Shown piece by piece: positions 29,183 through 37,927 of a stretch of 64,000 nucleotides of DNA. Source of the DNA: an uncultured Aliarcobacter sp. (GTDB lineage: Bacteria > Campylobacterota > Campylobacteria > Campylobacterales > Arcobacteraceae); the NCBI GenBank assembly GCA_963677435.1, contig OY781945.1, positions 352,001 to 416,000 of the forward strand, written 5' to 3'. The notes beneath the pieces are model-generated. The model was given only the letters and a program-made list of their open reading frames with translations. It searched no databases and was not told where the DNA came from. A program made the position numbers and the translations under genes. Each line of letters starts with the position of its first letter. Within the stretch, counting starts at the first letter, position 1.

Positions 29183-30466
29183 ATGAATAACAAAGAATTA
29201 CAAGAAAGAAAATTAAAAGTATTTGCAAGAGGTCAAGGTAATACTTACCCTGTATATGTTAAAGAAGCAAAAAATGCTGAATTATGGGATGTTGAAGGTA
29301 ATAGATTTATTGATTTTGGTACAGGTATCGCTGTTTGTAATACAGGACATAGTCATCCAAAAATTGTTGAAGCTGTGAAATCACAAATCGAAAAATTTTC
29401 TCACACTTGTGTAATGGTTAATCCATATGAAGTTGCAGTTGAATTAGCAGAAAAATTAACAGCATTAGCGCCAGGTGATACTCCTAAAAAAGCTATTTTT
29501 GTAACAACTGGTGCAGAAGCTGTTGAAAATTGTGTGAAAATTGCAAGAGCATATACAAAAAGAAGAGCAGTAATCGCATTTAATGGTGCTTTCCATGGAA
29601 GAACTAGTTTAACTATGGCATTAACAGGAAAAACAGCTCCATATAAAGTTGGATTTGGACCATTCCCAGGTGAAATTTATCATGTTCCATTCCCAGCTCA
29701 AGCTTATGGTGCAACAGTTGCTGACTCATTAAAAGCAATTAAGAATATATTCAAATCAGATGTAGTTGCAGAAGATGTTGCAGCTATTATTGTTGAGCCA
29801 GTTCAAGGTGAAGGTGGTTTTTATGAAACACCAGTTGAATTATTACAAGCATTAAGAAAAATTTGTGATGAAAATGGAATTGTATTAATTTTTGATGAGA
29901 TTCAATCAGGATTTGGTAGAACTGGAAAAATGTTTAACTGCGAATATTCAGGAGTTGAACCAGATTTAATGACTATGGCAAAAGGAATTGCTGGTGGTTA
30001 TCCATTATCAGCTGTTGTTGGAAAAGCTGAAATTATGGATGCTCCAATCCCTGGTGGATTAGGTGGAACTTATGGTGGTTCGCCAGTAGGTTGTGCAGCA
30101 GGATTAGCAGTATTAAAAGTTATGGAAGAAGAAGATTTATTAAATAGATCAGTAATTATTGGAGATTTATTCAATAAAAGATTAACTGATTTACAAAATG
30201 AATTCCCAAAATTAATTTCTTGTGTAAGAAATAAAGGTTCTATGATTGCACTTGAATTAATGGTTGATGGTGATGCAAATACTCCAAATACTGAATTAAC
30301 AAAAGCAATTATTTCAAATGCAGTTGAGGCTGGATTAATTTTATTATCTTGTGGATATAACGCGAATGTTATCAGATTTTTACCACCATTAACAATTAGT
30401 GATGAAACTGCAAACGAAGGTTTAGACAAATTTACTGAATTATTTAGAAGCTTAGCTTCTAAATAA
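29183..30466 (+). CDS. gabT: 4-aminobutyrate--2-oxoglutarate transaminase
   Basis: TTGAEAVEN, FHGRT, EPVQGEGGF, DEIQSGFGRTG, MAKG, GGLGGTYGG. Confidence 0.9.
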   Translation: MNNKELQERKLKVFARGQGNTYPVYVKEAKNAELWDVEGNRFIDFGTGIAVCNTGHSHPKIVEAVKSQIEKFSHTCVMVNPYEVAVELAEKLTALAPGDTPKKAIFVTTGAEAVENCVKIARAYTKRRAVIAFNGAFHGRTSLTMALTGKTAPYKVGFGPFPGEIYHVPFPAQAYGATVADSLKAIKNIFKSDVVAEDVAAIIVEPVQGEGGFYETPVELLQALRKICDENGIVLIFDEIQSGFGRTGKMFNCEYSGVEPDLMTMAKGIAGGYPLSAVVGKAEIMDAPIPGGLGGTYGGSPVGCAAGLAVLKVMEEEDLLNRSVIIGDLFNKRLTDLQNEFPKLISCVRNKGSMIALELMVDGDANTPNTELTKAIISNAVEAGLILLSCGYNANVIRFLPPLTISDETANEGLDKFTELFRSLASK

Positions 30467-30508
30467 TTTTAGTGAAAATATTAATTGAAATATTAATAAG
30501 AAAAAAAT

Positions 30509-31556
30509 AAAGGGGAGAAGTAATGTTAAATTTATTCAATAAAATTAGGAAGAATTTAATGACAACATCGATTGTTGCATTATTAAGTTTAGTAACAATG
30601 GTAGAGACTGCATCAGCAGCACAAAACTGGAGATTTGCGAATCTGTATGGAAGAGGGACAGCCTATGGAGAATTGTATAAAGATTTAGCAACAGATATAG
30701 AGAAAAGAACAAATGGAGCAATAAAAGTACAAGTGCTTTTTTCAGGTGAAGGTGTAGGAACATCAGGATTATTAGGAGCAGCGAAATCAGGATTAATAAC
30801 AATGGCAGCGCCATTTCAATCAATGCATGCAGGTGAATTACCATCAGGTATAGTTGAGATTGGTTTACCAGGTGGTACATCTGATACTGATGAATTATAT
30901 AAACTTTTCCATGAACAAGGATTTGGTGATGTAATGAAAAAAGCTTACGATGAACAAGGTCTAGTATGGTTAGAGCCATATATTCAACCAGCTGTTTATA
31001 TTATTACTAAAAAACCAATTAACTCAATTGCAGATTTCCAAGGTCTTAAAATAAGAGCACCAGGAGCATATGGGAAATTCTTAAGAGAATTAGGAGCATC
31101 ACCAGTTTCTTTAGCATGGAGTGAGATTTATACAAGTTTAGCAACAGGTGTTATTGATGGTTCTATTGGTTCAAATATGATTGACCATAGAGATGGGAAC
31201 CATGTAGAAGTAGCAAAATATATGTATAAATTGCCATTAGCAGGAGCACAAGTATTACCAATTGTTGTTAATAAAGCAGCATGGAATAAATTGTCAGATG
31301 ATTTAAAGAAAGAAGTATACGCAGCAACAGTAGATCACGCAAAAGCACAATTAGAGAACTCAAAAAAATGGGAGAAAGAGGCTTTAGATCAAATGGTAGC
31401 AAAAGGTTTACAATGGTCACCAGAGCCTTCAGAAGCAGATAAAGCAGCATGGAAAAAAGCTGGAGCTGGATTATGGGATGAATATTCTTCTAAAGATAAA
31501 TATAGCAAAGAGCTAATTGATATTCTTAGAAAAAATGAAACAAAATAATTAATTTT
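30509..31556. repeat. Direct repeat B, copy 2
   Basis: Matches 28119-29166. Confidence 0.95.
30523..31548 (+). CDS. dctP: TRAP transporter substrate-binding protein, copy 2 (identical protein)
   Basis: Translation identical to 28133..29158. Confidence 0.9.
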   Translation: MLNLFNKIRKNLMTTSIVALLSLVTMVETASAAQNWRFANLYGRGTAYGELYKDLATDIEKRTNGAIKVQVLFSGEGVGTSGLLGAAKSGLITMAAPFQSMHAGELPSGIVEIGLPGGTSDTDELYKLFHEQGFGDVMKKAYDEQGLVWLEPYIQPAVYIITKKPINSIADFQGLKIRAPGAYGKFLRELGASPVSLAWSEIYTSLATGVIDGSIGSNMIDHRDGNHVEVAKYMYKLPLAGAQVLPIVVNKAAWNKLSDDLKKEVYAATVDHAKAQLENSKKWEKEALDQMVAKGLQWSPEPSEADKAAWKKAGAGLWDEYSSKDKYSKELIDILRKNETK

Positions 31557-31571
31557 GAAATTGAATTAATT

Positions 31572-32114
31572 ATGATTAAAAAAAATTTAAAATTATTTTG
31601 TTCAATTATTGACAAAATTGTTATGTGGACAGGTAAGGCGGCATCTTATATGATGCCTATCCTTGCCTTTATTGTTGTATACGAGGTAATTGCTCGATAT
31701 ATTTTTGATGCTCCAACAATTTGGGCATATGATTTATCATTATTTTTATTTGGTTATATTGCTGCATTAGGTGGAGCTTATGCTCAACAAAAAAAAGCTC
31801 ATATTAATGTAGATATTCTTTATCTAACTGTTTCTCCAAAAGTTAGAAATATTTTTAATCTTATCTCTTATTCTTTAGGAATATTTTTCTTAATGGTTAT
31901 TTTTTATGTAAGTATTGGGAAATTTAATGAAGCTATTCAATTCGATTATCGTAGACAAAGTGAATGGGCACCTGCTATGTGGCACTTCTGGGTTATGTTA
32001 TGTGTTGCAAGTTCTTTATTTATAGCACAATTAGTTAGGGACATGATAACAGAAATCTATCACTTATTTACGGGTGAAGAATTATTTGAAAAGGAGCCAG
32101 AAGATGGGTGTTGA
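31572..32114 (+). CDS. dctQ: TRAP small permease
   Basis: YEVIARYIF..PTIWA, HINVDILY, 4 TM. Confidence 0.9.
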   Translation: MIKKNLKLFCSIIDKIVMWTGKAASYMMPILAFIVVYEVIARYIFDAPTIWAYDLSLFLFGYIAALGGAYAQQKKAHINVDILYLTVSPKVRNIFNLISYSLGIFFLMVIFYVSIGKFNEAIQFDYRRQSEWAPAMWHFWVMLCVASSLFIAQLVRDMITEIYHLFTGEELFEKEPEDGC

Positions 32115-33426
32115 ATTATTATCTATCGTTTTATTAGTTTGTATTTTAATTTTTTTCGCATTAGGTGCTCCTGTTGGATTAGCACTTGGTGGAATAGCTA
32201 TGTTAATTGGTTATTTCACATGGGGAGATGGAATTTTTAATGTAATTCCAACTACAGTTGAATCAACATACTTTAGTTTTATTTTACTTTCAATTCCTTT
32301 ATATATTTATATGGGACAACTCTTAACCCATTCAGGTATTGGTGATGCAATGTTTAGTGCAAGCCAAATGCTTATTGGAAAAGTTAGAGGTTCTTTAGCA
32401 ATTAGTGTTGTATTTATCTGTTCAATGATTGGTGCAATGGTTGGTATTATTGGTGCTGGTATTATGAGTTCAGGAAGTATTGCTTTAAGACCAATGCTAG
32501 AAGCTGGATATGATAGAAAACTAGCACTTGGAACAATTATGGCAGGTGGTGCATTAGGAATTCTAATTCCACCAAGTATTCCTATGATTATGTTTGCAGC
32601 AGCTACACAAAATTCTGTTGGTAGAATGTTTTTAGGCGCTATGATTCCTGCATTATTAACAATTATTGTGTTAATTGCATATATTGTAATAAGTACAAGA
32701 TTAAAACCTGAAAAAGCTCCTTTATTAAGTGAGAGATTTGAATTACCAGTTTTAACAGCAAAAGAAAAATTTAGAGTTGCAAGAGATGGTTTCTTTTCAA
32801 TTGGTTTAATTTTTGTTGTTTTAGGAAGTATTATTACAGGTATTGCAACTCCAACTGAATCGGGTGCTTTAGGTGTTGCTGGTGCAATTCTTCTAGCAAT
32901 TTTCTTTAAGCGTTTTAAACTAGATATGTTTAGAATGGTTGGAATGCAAACAGGTATATTAGTTAGTGTTGCAATGTGGATTATTTTAGGTGCATCTGTA
33001 TTTAGTAATTTCCATTTACTTATGGGTATTCAAGGGATTATTGCTGATTTTACACATGGATTAGATTTACCTCCAATTATGATTATTATCATGTTCCAAA
33101 TTATTATGCTACTTTTAGGATTTATTATTGATGAATTCATTATTGTATTAATGTGTGCTCCATTATTTACTCCTATTGCTGTTTCATTAGGGTATGACCC
33201 TATTTGGTTTGGGGTATTAATGATTATTAATATTTTAATAGCTGTACAAACACCACCATATGGTTTTGCATTATTTTATATAAAAGGTATTGCACCAGCT
33301 GATGTTAGTATGGGTGAAATTTATAAATCAGTTACTCCATTTATTTTAGTAAATTTATCAATACTTATTATTTGTATGCTTTTCCCAGAAATTATTCTGT
33401 GGTTACCTACAAAAGTCATGGGTTAA
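32104..33426 (+). CDS. dctM: TRAP large permease
   Basis: GALGILIPPSIP, TPTE, DPIWFG, TPPYG; start moved to ATG 32104 (AAGGAG RBS). Confidence 0.92.
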   Translation: MGVELLSIVLLVCILIFFALGAPVGLALGGIAMLIGYFTWGDGIFNVIPTTVESTYFSFILLSIPLYIYMGQLLTHSGIGDAMFSASQMLIGKVRGSLAISVVFICSMIGAMVGIIGAGIMSSGSIALRPMLEAGYDRKLALGTIMAGGALGILIPPSIPMIMFAAATQNSVGRMFLGAMIPALLTIIVLIAYIVISTRLKPEKAPLLSERFELPVLTAKEKFRVARDGFFSIGLIFVVLGSIITGIATPTESGALGVAGAILLAIFFKRFKLDMFRMVGMQTGILVSVAMWIILGASVFSNFHLLMGIQGIIADFTHGLDLPPIMIIIMFQIIMLLLGFIIDEFIIVLMCAPLFTPIAVSLGYDPIWFGVLMIINILIAVQTPPYGFALFYIKGIAPADVSMGEIYKSVTPFILVNLSILIICMLFPEIILWLPTKVMG

Positions 33427-33438
33427 AGGAAATCAAAA

Positions 33439-33882
33439 ATGTTTAAAAATATTTTAGTGCCTATTCATTTAGACTATAAAAAAAACCATAAAAAGTTATT
33501 TACAGGTGCATTAGAAGTTCTAAATAAAGAAGATAGTAAAATGACTTTATTATATGTTAATGAAAATCGTGTACATACTTCAGCTAATACTATCTTAGAT
33601 GAAAAAAATCAAGTTGATTATAATGCTGAAGCTTTAGATAAATTAAAGAAAATTGCTACAGAGTATTCATTACCATTAGAAAAAATCTCATTTAAGATAA
33701 AAAATGGTTCTGTTCACCAAGAAATTCTTGAAGAAGCAAAAAAAGTTGATGCGGATGCAATTGTAATGATGGCAACTAAACCGGGATTAGGTAGCTACTT
33801 TATTAGTAGTACAGCTGAAAGAGTTATTCGTCACGCGAAATGTTCAGTATTTGTTATACGACTTAATAATGATAATAATTAA
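33439..33882 (+). CDS. Universal stress protein (TeaD-like position after TRAP genes)
   Basis: MFKNILVP...STAERVIRHAKCSVFVIR. Confidence 0.9.
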   Translation: MFKNILVPIHLDYKKNHKKLFTGALEVLNKEDSKMTLLYVNENRVHTSANTILDEKNQVDYNAEALDKLKKIATEYSLPLEKISFKIKNGSVHQEILEEAKKVDADAIVMMATKPGLGSYFISSTAERVIRHAKCSVFVIRLNNDNN

Positions 33883-33912
33883 TTTAATATAAAAAATTGA
33901 AAGGTAAAGAAG

Positions 33913-35304
33913 ATGAGTACAATAGAAGTAACGTCACCATTTGATGGAAAAGTAGTAGGGACAGTAAAATTCAGTACATATGAAGAAGTGGAGAGCGCAA
34001 TAGATTTAGCACATGCTACTTTTTTAGATACAGCAAACTGGATGCCAAGATATAAAAGAGTTGAGATTTTAGAGAATGTAATGAAAATAATGTCTTCTCA
34101 AGTAGAAGAACTTACAATTCTTTGCGCAAGTGAAGGTGGTAAACCATATATTGATTCTAAAGTTGAAATTTTAAGAGCTATAAATGGTATAAAAATTGCT
34201 ATTGAACACCTAAGTGTATATGAAGGTAAAGAAGTAGCAATGGGACATACAAATACAAGCGCAAATAGAATGGCTTATACTTTTAAAGAACCAATTGGTG
34301 TAGTTGCAGCAATTTCAGCTTTTAATCACCCTTTTAACCTAGCAGTTCATCAAGTAATTCCAGCACTTGCAGTTGGATGCCCAGTAATTATCAGACCAGC
34401 AACTCAAACTCCAATGAGTGCAATTAGATTAGTAGAAATTCTTGAAGAAGCAGGACTTCCAAAAGGATGGGCACAAGCAATCGTTTGTGATAGAAAAGGT
34501 GGTGAACTATTAGCAACATCTCCAAAAACAAACTTCCTAACATTTATAGGTTCAGGACCAGTTGGTTGGTACTTAAACTCAAAAGTAAGCCCAGGTACAA
34601 GAGTAGCTCTTGAACATGGTGGAGTAGCCCCTGTAATTGTAGAACCAGATGCAGATATTGAAGATATGATTCCAGCACTTGCTAAAGGTGGATTCTACCA
34701 TGCAGGTCAAGTTTGTGTTTCTGTTCAAAGAATTTATGTTCATGAATCAATCTTCGATACTGTAGCAAATAAATTAGCAGCAGTAGCTTCAAAATTAATA
34801 GTTGGTGACCAATTAGATCCAAAAACAGAAGTTGGACCACTAATTAATAATGATGAAGTAAATAGAGTAGAAGAATGGGTAAATGACGCAGTTGCAAAAG
34901 GTGCAACAATCCTAACAGGTGGGAAAAGAATAAGTGCTTCTTGCTTTGAACCAACTGTAATTTTAAATCCTTCAGATGATGCAATCGTTTCACAAAAAGA
35001 GATATTTGGACCAGTAGTTTGTATTTACTCTTATAAAACATTTGATGAAGCAATAGCTAAAGCAAATTCACTAGAAGTGTCTTTCCAAGCAGCAGTGTTT
35101 ACAAAAAATATAGACTCAGCATTAAAAGCAGTAAAAAGATTAAACGCAACAGCAGTAATGGTAAATGATCATACAGCATTTAGAGTAGATTGGATGCCGT
35201 TTGGAGGAGCAAGAGTTTCTGGTCTTGGAATGGGTGGAATACCATATTCAATGGAAGAGATGAGTAATGAAAAAATGATGGTAATCAAATCACCAGTATT
35301 ATAA
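33913..35304 (+). CDS. Aldehyde dehydrogenase, copy 2 (identical protein)
   Basis: Translation identical to 21768..23159. Confidence 0.9.
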   Translation: MSTIEVTSPFDGKVVGTVKFSTYEEVESAIDLAHATFLDTANWMPRYKRVEILENVMKIMSSQVEELTILCASEGGKPYIDSKVEILRAINGIKIAIEHLSVYEGKEVAMGHTNTSANRMAYTFKEPIGVVAAISAFNHPFNLAVHQVIPALAVGCPVIIRPATQTPMSAIRLVEILEEAGLPKGWAQAIVCDRKGGELLATSPKTNFLTFIGSGPVGWYLNSKVSPGTRVALEHGGVAPVIVEPDADIEDMIPALAKGGFYHAGQVCVSVQRIYVHESIFDTVANKLAAVASKLIVGDQLDPKTEVGPLINNDEVNRVEEWVNDAVAKGATILTGGKRISASCFEPTVILNPSDDAIVSQKEIFGPVVCIYSYKTFDEAIAKANSLEVSFQAAVFTKNIDSALKAVKRLNATAVMVNDHTAFRVDWMPFGGARVSGLGMGGIPYSMEEMSNEKMMVIKSPVL

Positions 35305-35329
35305 TAATTAGAAATCAGAAGAAATAAAT

Positions 35330-35362
35330 AAAAGCTAAGGTATAAATGCCTTAGCTTTTTTT
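35330..35362 (+). terminator. Intrinsic terminator (duplicate of 23185-23217)
   Basis: Same hairpin and T-tract. Confidence 0.85.
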
Positions 35363-35384
35363 ATTTAAAAAATTAGGAATTATA

Positions 35385-36032
35385 ATGACTTGGAACGAAA
35401 TAATAGACAACGAAAAACAAAAACCTTACTTTAAAACTTTAAGTGAACAAATAGATAAAAAATATGAAAATAGCGTAGTCTTCCCAGAAAAAGAGAATAT
35501 CTTTAAAGCTTTTTCACTTACAAAACTTGACGACTTAAAAGTAGTTATTTTAGGACAAGACCCATATCATGGTTTTGGACAAGCTCAAGGATTATCATTT
35601 TCAACTCCAAAAGAGATAAAAAATCCACCTTCAATGGTAAATATTTTAAAAGAGATAAAAGAGGATTTACAAAAAGATTCTTTTTGTCTTGATGGAGATT
35701 TAACTTCATGGGCAAAAGATGGCGTTTTATTATTAAACACTATTCTAACAGTGGAAGAATCAAAACCAAAATCACATCATAATCTTGGTTGGGAAATATT
35801 CACAGACAATATAATCAAATATATAAATGACAATAAAGAAAATATAGTCTTTTTACTTTGGGGCGCACCTGCAATTTCTAAATCAAAACTAATTGATGCA
35901 AATAAACATCATATTTTAAGTGCTCCACATCCAAGTCCACTCTCTTCATATCGAGGTTTTTTTGGTTGTAAACATTTTTCAAAAACAAATGAGATATTAA
36001 AAAGTTTAGGCAAAAAAGAGATTAATTGGTAA
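35385..36032 (+). CDS. ung: Uracil-DNA glycosylase
   Basis: VVILGQDPYH, GVLLLN, HPSPLS. Confidence 0.97.
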   Translation: MTWNEIIDNEKQKPYFKTLSEQIDKKYENSVVFPEKENIFKAFSLTKLDDLKVVILGQDPYHGFGQAQGLSFSTPKEIKNPPSMVNILKEIKEDLQKDSFCLDGDLTSWAKDGVLLLNTILTVEESKPKSHHNLGWEIFTDNIIKYINDNKENIVFLLWGAPAISKSKLIDANKHHILSAPHPSPLSSYRGFFGCKHFSKTNEILKSLGKKEINW

Positions 36033-36380
36033 TCAATCAAAGATTTTTAAAATCCTTGATTTGATTTTTCCTAAAGATAGTTTTATTGCAGAATATTTCA
36101 TAATTTTAGCAATATCTTTCCATTGCTTTTTTTCATAACATGGATTTGGACACTTCCTGCATCTAGGTTTTATCTCATGTGGACAAGATTGAAGTTTTAA
36201 AAATGAATAGTTTATAACTTCTTGGCACGGTTTACATAAATCTAATTTCAAAGTATAAGTTTTTGATTTATACTCAAGATAAATTTCTTTTAATTCTTGA
36301 TTTTTATGTTTATCTTTGCAATAGATTTCACAAAAGTTTTTTAAAGTATTTATCTCTATTTCAAATTTTTCATAAGTCAT
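36033..36380 (-). CDS. YgbA-like (nitrous oxide-stimulated promoter family) Cys-rich protein
   Basis: IYCKDKH...LCKPC...CPHEIKPRCRKCPNPCY...IMKYS; start moved to ATG 36380. Confidence 0.8.
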   Translation of the reverse strand: MTYEKFEIEINTLKNFCEIYCKDKHKNQELKEIYLEYKSKTYTLKLDLCKPCQEVINYSFLKLQSCPHEIKPRCRKCPNPCYEKKQWKDIAKIMKYSAIKLSLGKIKSRILKIFD

Positions 36381-36466
36381 ATTTTCACTTCTTTTCAAAA
36401 TCAGGATTGTTTTTATCCTATTTAACTTTAGATTCAATATTTTTGCATAAAATACAAAATTATATA

Positions 36467-36480
36467 TTGATGTCAATCAA
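36467..36480. promoter_or_regulatory. Perfect FNR/DNR-type box
   Basis: TTGAT-GTCA-ATCAA between the divergent ygbA-like and Crp/Fnr genes. Confidence 0.75.
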
Positions 36481-36495
36481 TAAAAGGAAGAAATT

Positions 36496-37143
36496 ATGGA
36501 AAAAACAGGATTAGAAGATTTCAATTTTTTTAGTTTCTTAAAAGAAGAAGACCTTCTTCGATTAAAAGAGATAAGCATAAAAAAATATTTTAATAAAAAT
36601 GAAATACTTTTTTATAAAGGTGACGAAGCAAAATATCTACATTTATTAATAAAAGGTGTAGCAAAACTTTATACTTATGATACAAAAGACAACGAAGTAA
36701 TCATTCATAATCTTATGGCACCATCTTTAATAGCAGAAATTGTAAATTATGAAGAGATGAGATTTCCAGCAAATTGTTCATTTGAAACAAGAGCTGAAGT
36801 ATTATTAATTGATTATGGAAAGTTCAAAAAAGAGTTTTTACTAAAGCCAGAAATTTCAATGTTTTTTATAAAATCTCTAACAAAAAAGATAAAAGCACTA
36901 GAGAGTTTCCTAAACTATAATATCAGCTCAAATAGCTTAGAAAAAATAGCAAAATTTTTATTTGAAAATGAATCAATTTTAATAAATCTAAAACAAGTAA
37001 AAATCGCACAAATCTTAAATATTACACCCGAAACTTTCTCAAGAAAATTAGCAAAGCTAAAAAAAGAAAACATTATTCAAAATGAAAAAGGTTATATAAA
37101 AATTTTAAATCATGAAAGATTAAAAGATTATATTAGTAATTAG
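36496..37143 (+). CDS. Crp/Fnr-family regulator (NssR/DNR/HcpR-like, no N-terminal Cys cluster)
   Basis: cNMP-like domain and HTH IAQILNITPETFSRKL. Confidence 0.9.
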   Translation: MEKTGLEDFNFFSFLKEEDLLRLKEISIKKYFNKNEILFYKGDEAKYLHLLIKGVAKLYTYDTKDNEVIIHNLMAPSLIAEIVNYEEMRFPANCSFETRAEVLLIDYGKFKKEFLLKPEISMFFIKSLTKKIKALESFLNYNISSNSLEKIAKFLFENESILINLKQVKIAQILNITPETFSRKLAKLKKENIIQNEKGYIKILNHERLKDYISN

Positions 37144-37268
37144 AATAAATTTAAACCAACAATATAATTTCTAATAACAAATAAACATAATCAAATGAAA
37201 TTCTGAAAAGTAAAGAACTGTGACACCACATGTGACATATTTTCAATATAATTTATTCTAATTTTCCC

Positions 37269-37408
37269 TTGTCCTAATGTCTTCGTTGGGAATGCATATA
37301 AAAAAGTAAGATAAATTGAAATAGTATTTTACTAAAAGTATTCATTCCCAAGCTATATATATTTGCTGTATCTTAGTTATTTCACTGTCTCTAGAGCTTG
37401 GGAACGAA
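37269..37408. repeat. Degenerate REP-like inverted doublet
   Basis: CGTTGGGAATGCATA ... TATTCATTCCCAAGCT ... AGAGCTTGGGAACGA; GC-rich palindromic arms in AT-rich intergenic DNA. Confidence 0.55.
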
Positions 37409-37455
37409 ACTAAAAGAATTGGAAGAAGAATTTAGATGAAAATGAAGGAACAAAA

Positions 37456-37797
37456 ATGAGAAGAAAAGTTGTAATTCTGATGTTAGTATTATTAACATCA
37501 CTGAGTTTGAATGCTCAAAGTGAAGAAAAAACATTAACTCTTGTAAAAGAGAATCATGCTGAATTATTTTTTAATGGAATTAAATATATATTAGATAGCT
37601 ATATTGTAATGTTTGAAAATCCTTATTATATTACTATTGAACGAGAAGATAAAGAAAAAATAGATTATCAAGAAGCGATAGATATATCAATGGATTATAT
37701 TAAGCCAAGAGGTTGTACTTCTCCATTAGAACGACTTCCTAATTTAGATAAACACAATGAAAATAAAACAAAATGGACAATAGGAATATCTTGTTAG
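37456..37797 (+). CDS. Secreted hypothetical protein
   Basis: AAGGA RBS, signal peptide ending LNA, two Cys. Confidence 0.7.
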   Translation: MRRKVVILMLVLLTSLSLNAQSEEKTLTLVKENHAELFFNGIKYILDSYIVMFENPYYITIEREDKEKIDYQEAIDISMDYIKPRGCTSPLERLPNLDKHNENKTKWTIGISC

Positions 37798-37927
37798 TAA
37801 ATTGAGAATACAACTTCAATCCCAAATAGTAAGAGAAATAAAGCGAGATTTGTAAAATGTGTTTAAGTACTTTCTTTCATTCTTTACATCCTGAGGCTGT
37901 GAAAGAAACTAAATCATTATTTTAGCT

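Larger units (their letters stand above)
33883..35378. repeat. Direct repeat A, copy 2
   Basis: Near-identical to 21738-23234; differences seen at 33895, 33990, 33996, 34119 and a 1-bp indel after the terminator. Confidence 0.95.
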
